The notes under the pieces are model-generated. The model saw only the letters and a program-made list of their open reading frames with translations. It was not told the DNA's origin and did not search any database. Of a stretch of 64,000 nt of DNA, positions 14,476-26,679 are shown in pieces (position 1 is the first letter of the stretch; each line of letters opens with the position of its first letter). The translations under genes and the position numbers were made by a program. The stretch is from Gnetum montanum (taxonomy: Eukaryota > Plantae > Gnetophyta): positions 468,279 to 532,278 of the forward strand of contig MNCI01001040.1 of NCBI GenBank assembly GCA_015680685.1, written 5' to 3'.

Positions 14476-17400
14476 TAAGATGAGACACATTGCTATCGAT
14501 GTCAAAATGTGCACACCGTTGTTCATCCATGGCCACATGACCAAGCTTGTTCCTTGTGTAATTGCTCTTGCTCCAGTCCATCCTAAGTGCTCCCTTGTAT
14601 CCCAAGCCATTGTTCATGTGATCACCATTTACACACACAACACAGTCACAAATTAGCAAGGATAGATAAGATATCATATAATTGATACCTTGCCTTGATA
14701 TGAAGCACATTCGCTAGGCTGTGGGTATGGCAGATACTGGGTTAGAGGTTTGCAACTTAACTACCCAAGGTGTAGGGGTGAGATAAGTAATGAAATGGAA
14801 AAATTTGTAATAGGCCCCCACAACTAAGAGTGAACCTTTGGTAGCAATAAGATGGAAAATGAAAGAACAAGGAAGATTAGAGAAATAACAATGGTGAAGC
14901 CAATAAAAAGGCAGAGAAAATGGATGTCATAGATGGGCTAAAACAAGAAATAGTTAAGTGAAAGAAAAGTTTAAGGAAAAGACTTAACAATTGCACCAAA
15001 AAGGAATGCTAGTAGGTCCTCCCTAAAGCAGGCTAATTCCCTTTATGCCCTGACACACCCACAAACCAAAGAGTCTATAGGCTCTAGGTATGACGTATGG
15101 AAGCAATAGTTAAGAATGCACCTAAAAGAATTTACCAAAGAATAACAATGGGTCGACGAAGATATAGACTAATCATAAAATTGAGAATGAGGTGGAATAT
15201 GGAAAGCAATATGGAAAGAGAAGAGAGAATGGAATGGAATCCTAAAATCAAGGTTGTGTAAAGTCCTTTGCATATTATGTGGTTAAGATGACTTAATAAA
15301 ATTTAGCCCAAATCTGGATTAAAACTAACCACATTCAATGACCTCACATCAACACACGTGACCAACCCATCCTCCTGAAGCAACAAGAATGCTTCCATAA
15401 AGCAACCACCATTCCAACAAGAGAAAGATAGGGTAGGAAGTGAGAAAGGGCCTTACTTAGAGGGAACCTTTAGGCATGGATAACATGTCTTTCTAGTGCC
15501 ATAACTAGTTTTTGTAGCCCATGTTCCTTTATTGTGTCTAAGGGGTATGCTTTGAATTCCACTAGTTTGTGTGTTTTTTTGTGTGTTTTTTTGTTAAGTG
15601 GGAACTACACCATGCAAAGACATATTTAATTTATTCAACCTCTTGGTATTAGTTGTCAGTGGAATGGTGGAAAACCTATGAAAAACATCCAAGTACCCAA
15701 GAGAATAGCCAACACTAATGCGTCGAATCCCCTTGAAGTCACACCCTTTTCAATCCATTTAAATCTTTCCTTGGTTTGAAGAGTCCCAACCACAAATTCA
15801 TTAATAGGTTTGATTAGAAAAAGGGACAGTACATTTCCAAAACAAAGGAGACCATGGAGTTGAATGGATGAATGGATAATGTGGACTCATTGCCTATTTT
15901 ATCAAAAGAAACCATATCTTAGCATCAACATGGAAAGTCAAAGGTAAAAACCAAACATTGGAAATCAATCAATATTATAGTACAACCCACCATCATGAGT
16001 ACTTATTATGTGACAAGTGATAATAAATCAAACAAAATGTAACAAAGAAAAAAATAGTAAAAATGCTAACAATGATGCAAAATAAAAAAAAAGTAAAGAT
16101 AAAAAATGTGTTAAAACAAAAAATACAAAAGAAACTGAGGGCTTAGAATAATTAGCATTGATGGCCATCTCCCCCATGACTGAGTTGGAAGGAGAATATT
16201 CGAAATAATGAGCAGGGTTGTCCATCAATAGAGGTAGTGTTGGTATTGGCTGTTTTGGGCTCATGGAAAGGTTTAGTCTACTAGATGTTGACCAATAATT
16301 TATTATCTAGGCTTTCATGGTTATAGATCATCATGGCCCCTGAAGGAAACATTGGCAATGCTCACAAGATTGGACAAAATGATGGGTATCCTAAAATAAT
16401 GTAGGCTAATAATATCCTGCAAGCAAGATTTTAATGGTTGTTCGTCTCCCAGCATGATGAGCCCCACAAGGGCCCTCATGAGTGTCTTGGTGAATTTGCA
16501 ATTGATCTACATCAAGAACACACCATTGGACCAAGTCATCATAACACACCTTGTAAAGGTGTCTATTGATTTCCATGAAATGTTTGACTCGATGGAGAAA
16601 CTATTGTTTCTTTTTAACGTCTAGCCCTTGTGGTGTTTCTTGCATGAGAAGATAAGTAAGAATGTTGTTATACCAATTTGTATCTGTGGGTGATTGATTG
16701 TTTACTACACCTGCAAAGAGGAGTTCATTAGGGAAGTGATCAAAAATTGGATATCTATCCTCTTGTTGTCCCATCGCAACCGAGATAAATGATCGACAAC
16801 AACATTCTCAATGCCCTTACAATCTACTATTGTGATATCAAACTCTTGCAAGATCACTAGCCATTGTATGAAATGAGGGCTCACTGTTGGTTTATTCATA
16901 AGGAACCAGGTCGCACTATGATCTGTGTGTATAAATACCTTATAGCCTAATACATAGTGCCTAAATTTTTCTAGTGCAAATACCACAGCCATTAACTCTT
17001 TTTCTATTGTGGTATAGTTGAGTTGTGCACCAGCAATATTTCGACTTCCATAGTGAATGTAATAGGGATGTCTTTGGTCATCTAACTGTGTAAGTATAGC
17101 TCCTAAAGTAAAATTAGATGCGTCAATCATTATATGGAATAGCCTGGACCAATCAAGAGATTGTAGAATGGGTGTTTCTATGAGCTTTTGCTTCAAGGTT
17201 TGGAAANCTAGAATGGGTGTTTCTATGAGCTTTTGCTTCAAGGTTTGGAAAGCTAGCTCACATTCCTTGGTCTATTCAAAGGGTATGTCCTTCTTTGTTA
17301 ATTCTACCAATGGTTTCGTAATCTTTGAAAAGTTCTTGATGAAGCATCTATAATAGCTAGTATGTCCAAGGAATGATCAGACATCTTTTATAGTTTCAGG

Positions 17401-20400
17401 TTGACAAGTGATTCCTTGGATGACTTTAATCTTTTCAGGATCTACCTCTATCCTTGTTTGTGAAATCTTATGCCCTAATACAATGCCCTCTTGGACCATT
17501 AAGTGGCTTTTCTGCCAATTAAGCCTTAGGTTGGTTTCTACACATCATTTCAATACTTGCTCTAATCAGTCTAATGCTTGTTCAAAGTCTACTCCATAGG
17601 TGGAGAAATCATCCATGAAGACCTCCACACCATTCCCTATTTCCTACTAAAATATGCTTAGAACCAGATGTTGAAATGTTGTTGGGGCATTGCATAAGCC
17701 AAATGGCATCTACCTATATGCAAATGTCCCCCAAGGACTTGTGAATGTAGTATTGGCTTGGTCTTCTGGTGCTATTTGAATTTGATTGTACCCACTGTAA
17801 CCATCCAGAAAACTATAATAGCAATGCCCTACAATGGTATCTAAGACTTGGTCAATGAATGGCAATGGAAAATGGTCTTTAAATGTTGCCATGTTCAGTA
17901 ACATGAAGTCTATACACACCCTCCATTTACCTCCCTTTATAGGCACAATGACTAATAGACTAACCCATTTACTGTTAGCAATGGGATAGATGAACTTGGC
18001 TTTTAGAACCTGTTCAATTTCATCTTTAACCAATTGCTTAAGCTTTGGGTTCAGTCACCTTTGCCATTGTCGTCGAGGCTTCATGGAGGGGTCAGTGTAA
18101 ATTCTATGTTGGCATATCCTAGGATCTATTCCAGTTAATTCAGGATATGACCAAGCAAAGGCTTTGGACCATTTGTTTACCATCTTCAGCAATCTTTCTT
18201 TTTGTTGAGAAGTGAGCTTAGCATTAATGATTACTAGTTTCCCATTCTTGAGAAATGTATACTCCATACTGGTGGGCAACATTTTTAATTCAAGGGGCTC
18301 TTGCTTAAGCTTGTTAGGAATTTTTAACTTCCCCCAGTTGATATTTTCGATGTTAGTACTTGGAAGTTGGTAGTGGACTTGCTCTAATGCATATATGCTA
18401 TCAATATAGACACAAGTTAAGCTCTCAGTTGGTTCCATGCATAAGGTTGAACTGCTTTCTTGGTCAGCTGTCAACCACTGGGTGCCTTCCTATCTTGTGG
18501 CTGCTACATACAAGAATCTTTGTACATTAGTTACTTGTGCACACTGGTTGCATGCAGGTAATGTTAAGCATTGCACAAACCAACACTTCTGCATGTAATT
18601 GCACCCTATGTCACTGTATGCAATGCATGGAACTTTCTTCTTCTCGATCTTCCCAAATGCATTTTCTTTTGATATTTCTAGGGAAAGATCACATATTCCT
18701 AAGCACACATCAATCGTACTTAGCCATGCCCTTCCCATTATGATTGGGAAGTCCCCCTTATAGTTGTTGACTTGGATCACTAGGAAATCAGCTGGATACG
18801 ACCATCCACAAATAGTGATAACAATGTCCTCCACTAGTCCTGATGGGACAGTGATGGAATGGTCGACCAACTTTAAATGAATGTTACTCTTTTTTAGTGG
18901 AGGCAAGTTCTAGGCTCTGTACATTTCTTGAGAGATTATGTTAACACTAGAACCTAAATCCAAAAGAGCTTTGCAAGGTTCATTCCCAGTGATTTGCAAA
19001 TATATAAAAGGATAGTTCAGGATCAGAGAATTTCCTAGGAAGATGGCCAACTTTGATCTAATCGGGAATGGCATGAGTCAACATGACCATGTGCATTAGG
19101 TGTGATTTTTTATTCGAAGGAAGCTTCAAAGATTCAAATGATGATGAGGTGTTTGAATAACTAACCGCTTGTGATTGTAAGGGCCTAGTTGGATTGTTGG
19201 TTCTAAAGAAAGATCTCCTCTTTGATCAGTTATTCAAACCAATAGTAGGTTGAGAGTTGATAGCCCTTGTAGTGTTATGTTGCTACGGCTAGGTAGGAAG
19301 CTCACCCTACATAGTTGGAGTAGGTGGTAATGGAGCTAAGGGTGGAATAGGTGTAGTCGGATGAGAAGGATAGTACATATTTGGAACATCACTCCTAGGA
19401 GAAGGAGTTCTATAGTACTCATGGATCTGGTAGTGAGGCTAAGGAGCAACGTGACTAATGGAGTCAGGTGGAGAGATCGACTGCTGAACATAGTACCCGT
19501 ATGGGTCAAGTTAACGGTAAGGGTTTTGTTGACATGGTAGTGGAATTCCCCATGCTTGTGGCTATTGCCATTGTTGATACTATTCATTCAGTTGTGGTGG
19601 AGCTCCACTCAAATAATATGTCAAGGGTTGGAGGAACTGCTTTGGGTTACCTTGGGAATAAGGTAACCTTCTGGGTGTTTGTCATCTATTTAATCATGGG
19701 TTTAGTGCATACACCTCAGACTCTTGTAGATGTGACACTACTGGACAACATCCTTTAGATGGTCATATTGGCAAATTCCACATCCACCATCATTATTTGT
19801 GTCCAAATCCACAACCTCTTCAATGACGGCAACTTTGCCTTTACCCTTGTTACATGCATACTCAGCTTCTTTCTTTTTCTTGCTCTCTCGATCACTACTT
19901 TGTTCTCTAGACTCCTCTACTATTTTTAGAACGGTTTGAAATTTATCATCTAGGGAGTTCCACATTTGATCTACCTCTACCGATACTTATGATGCCAATT
20001 TTTGAATAGGAAAATTCTTTTTATTCACCATCTCTTTGAGTGATGATTCTTCTTCATCTTTGCAAAATCTAACTTCCTTCTTTCAGAGGAAAGGATCTCT
20101 ATTATATTTCTCCGCACTTTCTCTTTTCCTTAACTCACCTTCCTCCTTGGCAACTTGCTCCAACAATCTTTGTATTTGATGGGCTCTGAGCTCAAATAGC
20201 TTTCCTTAGGCATAAGTCCTAAGGGCTCTTCACATTTCATACCTAAGCCCATCTACAAGATGGCGTAGTTGTTCCCTTTGCAAGTAACCATGGCCAAGGC
20301 AATGATGTAATAATGCATAATATCAGCCCAGGGCAACATCCAAGGGTTCGTGTCCTCCTTGTTTCCATCCTTGGATTTTCTTACGCAAGTTGGACACTTG

Positions 20401-23041
20401 GGAGCACGTTTGATACTTATCATTGAATAGCTCTAACATGGTACTCCATTGATGAATGGACTCCGATTCTAAGGATCAGTACCAGCTTTCTACTTCCTTG
20501 ATCAATGTCTGTGGAAACAACTTTAGTTTTTTCCACTCATTTTTTATATTTTTCAAGGCACATGCATCATGAAATGTTTGTAGATGGTTTTGAGAATTAG
20601 CATTGTATCCCCCTTCAAATCATAGGATGTTTTTCATGTCTAGTCTTTTGATCCTACTATCCTTCTGGTGCCTTGTTGAAATCCTAACAACCTCTATTAT
20701 ATCTAACATGCTCTGGGTGGCAAGTAGGGGTTCATCGTGATCGTATTGTCTATGGTGTCTATGAGGCCTATGTTGTTCCCTACTCTCTCTTCTTTCATGG
20801 TGTGTTTCTCTGGAATGCCCTCATCCCCTTTCTTGATTATTTTGTTTATGATCTCTATTTTGCCTACGATTGTCCTCATGGTCTTTCCCTTTGCAACTAC
20901 GTTTAGATCCTGAAGAAGAGGGGGAAGGAGATGATGAAGGTCAAAAGGAAGAAGGACTGGAACCGTGATAGTACCTGTCACTTTCTCTTTGGTGGTCGCA
21001 GCCTCAATTGCGATTACGATTGGAATGCCCATCATTGTCACATGTTCGTGTTCCTTTTTTGGATCCTTTGTGTCTGTTGGTATCAGAACTTGGGTTATGA
21101 ATAGTTGAGTGAATATTCTGATACACAACTCCTTGACCGAATTCAATGAGAGGAACATCATTTTGTGGAAAACCTATCGAGGCAAGTTCACCACCCTTAT
21201 TTTCACTTAGGACATACAGGACATCCTGAGATCATTTTCCCTTCATAGATTTGTAATGTCTCTCCTATTGTAGGTCCCTTTGATGTTGTGCCTCTGTGGG
21301 TCGATACTCTCTCAAGTCGTGTTCATGCCCAACGTACTCTGCATGTAAGTGATGCATACCAATTCATGTGAAAGCACGAAGAAGCAGGCTTTGGATTGAG
21401 CAATCAGGAAGTAACACTATGTTACCTTCTAAATCATGCCAACGCAGTTGTTCATCCTAGTGGAGGATAAAGGTAAAGTCTGGTACATACTCATCAGGAT
21501 GAGCGTATACCATGCAAAACTATTGGGGCACTAGCAAATCATCATGTGGTCTCTGCCTTTGATTGTTCATTGTGTTGAACCTAGTCAGTGAAGCACTTTC
21601 ATAAGAAGAATGAGACGTGATTAATTATTTAGTGTGCAATACCCTTTTTGGTGATTGTAGGATAGTTATTTCTAAGGGTTCGTTCCAATGATGGAAAGGA
21701 TTGCCTACGTTCTAATGAGCGCACAAACAACAAAATCCCCAGCAGCGGTGCCAATGATGAGCACTGAGATACCCCTACACTCAACCATATGAATACGAGC
21801 GTTCATGCGCAATCTGATCGAACTCCAAGGATTAAGTGCTTATGTGCTTACACAGAACAACGATGGTTTATGCGATCGTTGTCTTCCCAAGTTTAGTTGT
21901 AAGGCATAATTGTATGGTTAAGTAAACTTCAGGTATATGATTTTTATGCTTTTTATGTTTTATGATCTTGNTGCTAGGTTACTCATCTCCATGGGCTTCC
22001 CCCTCCTTAGCTTAGGGAGGTACTTCTTTTGTNAAACCTAGTCAGTGAAGCACTTTCATAAGAAGAATGAGACGTGATTAATTATTTAGTGTGCAATACC
22101 CTTTTTGGTGATTGTAGGATAGTTATTTCTAAGGGTTCGTTCCAATGATGGAAAGGATTGCCTATGTTCTAATGAGCGCACAAACAACAAAATCCCCAGC
22201 AGCGGTGCCAATGATGAGCACTGAGATACCCCTACACTCAACCATATGAATACGAGCGTTCATGCGCAATCTGATCGAACTCCAAGGATTAAGTGCTTAT
22301 GTGCTTACACAGAACAACGATGGTTTATGCGATCGTTGTCTTCCCAAGTTTAGTTGTAAGGCATAATTGTATGGTTAAGTAAACTTCAGGTATATGATTT
22401 TTATGCTTTTTATGTTTTATGATCTTGGTGCTTAAAATGGGAAAATGAAATAATTTAGTAACTAATTTGATTTAACTAATCAACTATTCTCTAACTAGTC
22501 CTATCACCAGCATCCATTCCCACTTGCCAAACACATCCTAAACTAGTGTAACACTATTAGAATTACCAAATGCTAGTTGTTACTGGGTTACCAAGTGTTC
22601 CACGTATGCTAGAAGCGGTCGTACTGAGTGTGCTAATTCATTGATAATTAACAATTCAATAGAAATAACATTAACTAATGAGAGTACAAATAACAGTAAA
22701 TAACATTTAAATAAAATAATTAAGCTATTCTGAATGTTGCAAGGTTTATCACAAAGTTCATCTTTATTTCCAGACACAAGGTGTGCTCAAGTACACAATG
22801 CTCGAATAGAGATCCATTCACTTTATGACTCCTATTGTGGGTACTCAAAAATAATTCTAACTCTGAAAGGGAAAAACTACAAGGGTTCGGCCAAGGGACT
22901 AAAAAACTAATGCGAAACCAAGTGCCCCTTGTCTCTTATTTATAGGCAACGAGACAGGTTCTGACATCACATGTCCGATATTGCTTCGACATCTTCAATA
23001 TGGCATATCCGATATCAGGGGTCCGATATTATGACTCATCA
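13393..23041 (-). mobile_element. Athila-like Ty3/gypsy element (Ath-A), full-length but decayed; integrase core appears deleted
   Basis: LTRs 13393-14224 and 22212-23041 with TGATGAG...CTCATCA termini; perfect TSD ATATG (13388-13392 / 23042-23046); tRNA-Asp-type PBS TGGCACCGCTGCTGGGGA at ~22193-22210 (-); PPT complement next to 14224. Protease 18490-18960, RT 17710-18033, RNase H 16705-17241. Confidence 0.95.
14442..14471. repeat. (AG)15 microsatellite
   Basis: Read directly from the sequence. Confidence 0.95.
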
Positions 23042-25665
23042 ATATGTATGAAGAGTCTTAATGATCTTTTCAAACTTATTCTCAACATGTGCCTTGAAGC
23101 TTTTAAATACATTAAATTCTTCAAACTTCTCCTGCAAAAAAATAAATCCAACTTTTTGAAGTATAATCATCAATGAAAGTGATCAAGTACCTCTTACCTC
23201 CATTTGAAGATGGTTTTATTGACCCACAAATGTTAGAGTGAACCAGCTCAAGGACATTCTTTTCTTTCCATGATTTTCCTTGAAAGAATTGAGAATGATG
23301 TTGTTCACCAACAACACATTCTTCACAGACTTTGGAAGAAATTATGATTTAAGGAAGACTAGTCACCATATTTTTCTATTGCATAGTCTTTGATCCTCCA
23401 AAATTCAAGTGGCCATAGTGAAAATGCCAAAGCCATGTTGGGTCTTTTACTTCAGCCTTCAAGCAAGATTGAGCACTTTCAATCCTCAATGGAAATAATC
23501 TGTTGGAGCTCATTTGAACAATTACAATAGCTCCTATTGAAGGGTCATAAATTTCACAAGCACCCTTTTGAATGATTATTACATAACCCTTTTCTTGCCA
23601 TTGACTAGCACTTAACAAATTTCCTTTCAAATCAAGAACATAAAAACCATTGGAAATTGTTTCTACAAAACCATTCTTGGTTCTAATGGTAATATCCCCC
23701 TTTCCCATTACATTTATAGTAAAACAATCACCAAAACTTACTATAGAATGAAAACTTTCATATAAGTAAGAAAAAGAAGACTTACATCCATACATATGGT
23801 TGTTGTAGCCAATATCCACATACTATACATCTAATTGAGACTCTCGATTGGCTGGAACTGCCATCAACAAAGTCTCATATTCCTTCTCTTCCATAAAATT
23901 TGATTTCTCTCCTTTGTCATTGGGTAGTTTAGTGTAGCATTTGGAACGATAGCGTCCATATTTATGACATCTAAAGCATTCCACCTTAGATTTGTCAACT
24001 CGTCCTCTACCTTTGCCTTGAAATTTATCACCATCCCCTTTGAAATGTCTACTACCATCTTTATTGCTTCAATCTCCTCTTCCTCTACCTCTTCCTCTTG
24101 AGGAATAAGTCAAAGTAGAAACCTTCAAAGCTTGCTCTTTAGAAGTTGATTTTGATTCATCTTCTATTCATGGACTAACTTAGAACTTTGAAGTTCATCA
24201 AGGAAAAGTGCATCAACATCTTTGGATTCTTCAATTGAACAAACAATATAATCAAACTTGGGGGATAGGGAACACAATATCTTCTCAACAATCATCACAT
24301 CCTCCATCTTCTCACCATGAATTGGCTATCCCCATTGTCCTTGCACAATAGTTGGTAACAAACTCCCCATCTTTCATTTATAGAGTCTCAAAATCCCTTC
24401 TCGAGGCTTGAAGCTATGCACGCTTTACTCTTAAAGACCCCTAATATTTCTTCTTCATAGAATCCCAAATACCCTTGGAAGTTTCTTTGCTAAGAATAGT
24501 CTCCAAGATAGAACAATCAATTACTTGAAATAAATAATTCTTTACCTTCAAATCTTTCAATCTCAATCCCTCTAACTCCTTTCTTTGTTCATTTGTGAGT
24601 GCAACCTTAGCTATGAGTTCTACTACACCATCTTTAACAACTTGCCAATACTCCTTAGACTTTAAGAAATTTTTCATCAACATGTTCCAATTGTCATAGT
24701 GACCATCAAAACGTGGGATGGTAAGGTGTACAAAATTTTTAGAGGTCATTTATGCCCTTCTGTGCTCTTCTCTCAAGCCTCCTAAACTAGGTGCACTATT
24801 GTGCTTTTCTCTCTAGCCTCCTGAACCAAGCTCTAACCTTTGAGGTTGTGCACTACTAGCCTCATATAACAAAACAGAACAAAACAAAAATAGGGGCAAA
24901 TAGGGGCAACTAAATTTCACATTTTTTTTATTCAACTGATAATGATAATGGCCTTTAAATAGGCAAATACATCAACGAAAAATAGCATGGGCAAACAAAC
25001 ACATTTTTTTTTATTCAACTGATAATGATAATGACCCTTTAACTTCTATAAGAAGCAACCCTTCAATTTCTCTAACCAATAACAGTCAACCCTTCAACTT
25101 CTATAACAACCTCTTCAACTTCTATAACAACCGACCCTTAAACACATTTAACAAACTCTGTGTCTTTATTTTCTGCAATATTTTCTGCAATTTCTTTTAA
25201 ATTTAATATAATATTGGTGGAAGCGGGAATAACCACTCCTATGGACAACAGAGTATTTGATGTCAATTCTAATCTAACGTAATCGAGAGTTTTACCAAAT
25301 TCTCAAACACATTGATGAATAGTGTTGAACAAGTCTGAAACAAACTGCAAAATGCTCCATTTGTAAACCACACAAGTTAAATTTGATACAGAAGGAAGAT
25401 CACAGAAAGCCAAAGGAAACTTGGGAATATGTTGCAGCCGGGACAGAAAACCCATTTGCTGAAGAAACTCACATAGTATATTTAGATCAATGCCTATGCA
25501 TCTGCACTGCCGACTTAAATTGATTACAGTGGTGAAATAACAGAACATGATCTCACTAGTTTCTGAAGAGTGGTTTCTGCGGATCCATTAAATGAAAAAC
25601 AAAGACATGTTATTTATTTTTTACATAAAACATATAAGGCAGGGCAGGGCAGATTTGTAGCAAAT

Positions 25666-26190
25666 TTAGGAACTGGGCTCCCTCTGCACATCCTCATCGG
25701 GCCTGAACCAAATCTGCTCTTCCACAACAGTGTGAGGCTGAGCTTCTGCTGCCTTGTCCTGTGGTACAAATACTCCCGTCTCAGGATGAGGAACCCAACT
25801 CTTTTCTGCTGCTGTTACTCCTGCCATTATCTGAACCTGAGTCTCAGAAGCAACCCCCACTTTTTCTGAGATTCCCACCCTCGTTCCTTCCTCCTCTAAA
25901 TTCTTATCATAAACTGATGAATGCACATTCCTTCTCCCCAGAATTAACCCACCAATAACAATATCACTACTCGAAAATCACATGAGGCAAGCAATCAAAC
26001 AAAAGTCATAATAAACTGATAAAGCAGAATTCACAGAAAGGCAACTGATTTAAACAAAAAAGTAAACACATATCTAGACTTAAAAGAAAGTAACCAAAAC
26101 CCACTACCCCTACCTGTGCCTGCAGACTGGCATCCAAGATAAACCAGGCCTTGCAGAGATGAGAAGTCTCTGGAGAGTTGTTCTTGCCAT
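25666..26190 (-). CDS. Late-embryogenesis-abundant-like protein, At5g17165 family; 2 exons (26190-26114, 25966-25666), ~125 aa
   Basis: Exon 1 MARTTLQRLLISARPGLSWMPVCRH ends AG|GT at 26114/26113. A phase-compatible acceptor TTTTCGAGTAG| at 25967 gives ...GRRNVHSSVYDKNLEE...SWVPHPETGVFVP...VVEEQIWFRP, the three motifs I recognise from this family. An alternative in-frame acceptor exists at 25931. Confidence 0.85.
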
Positions 26191-26673
26191 ACAAGATAAA
26201 TTTGCTGCAAATACTTTTTCCTTCTTTCTTTTCTTGCTTGCGTTTTGCTTGTTTAGATGAAGTCTGTGTGGCTCTGGGATGTTGGGCGCTTTGATTCCTA
26301 TTAATGCTTGCAAGTTAAAACCATAGTATTGGGTTACCTTAGGAAAGCCTGGTTACCCAAATTGAATTTTCAAAGGATTACAATAGATATTTTATTAATG
26401 TTTGCTGCAGAAATCAATTTCAAACTTCTTGATGATGATGATGATAGGAGCGTAGGTTAGAAGTGTTGAATTGAATTGAATGAATGGAATATTCTGATTG
26501 GATTGGATTGGATACCACAAAGGGCCCCATAAGACAGCAACAGCAAACACTTGCACATGAATAGTGGGTAGGGTGGGGTAGGCAAGCCAGGGCATTTTAA
26601 AAGAAANCCTATCCTGTACCAACACGGAATCTGTTGATTTTTATGACACTAGTAAGGGATAGGCCCTGAGCTT

Positions 26674-26679
26674 CACGTG
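26674..26679. promoter_or_regulatory. G-box/ABRE core CACGTG ~480 bp upstream of the LEA-like ATG
   Basis: Motif present in an otherwise CpG-depleted region; ABRE cores are typical of LEA promoters. A single hexamer is weak evidence. Confidence 0.35.

Larger units (their letters stand above)
10827..25153 (-). mobile_element. Ty1/copia element Copia-B (LTRs 10827-11110 and ~24836-25153), itself interrupted by an Athila-like element
   Basis: Paired LTRs both end ...AACACATTTAACA; PPT complement at 11111-11124; near-TSD AACTT (10822-10826) / AACTC (25154-25158). Gag IPRFDGHYDNW (24441-24749), WHFHYGHLNF, RT YKLKKALYGLKQASRAW, RNase H HGRSKHIDVRFYF. The PBS is partly deleted. Confidence 0.9.

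Noticed and set aside
14300-16300. env-like ORF expected in an Athila 3' region
   Set aside because: No reconstructable reading frame could be found by eye.
21576-22427. Apparent duplicated PBS and LTR end in Ath-A (21576-21970 vs 22034-22427)
   Set aside because: Near-identical copies separated by single Ns at 21971 and 22033; most likely a contig-overlap artefact. The same applies to the ~43-bp duplication around N17208.
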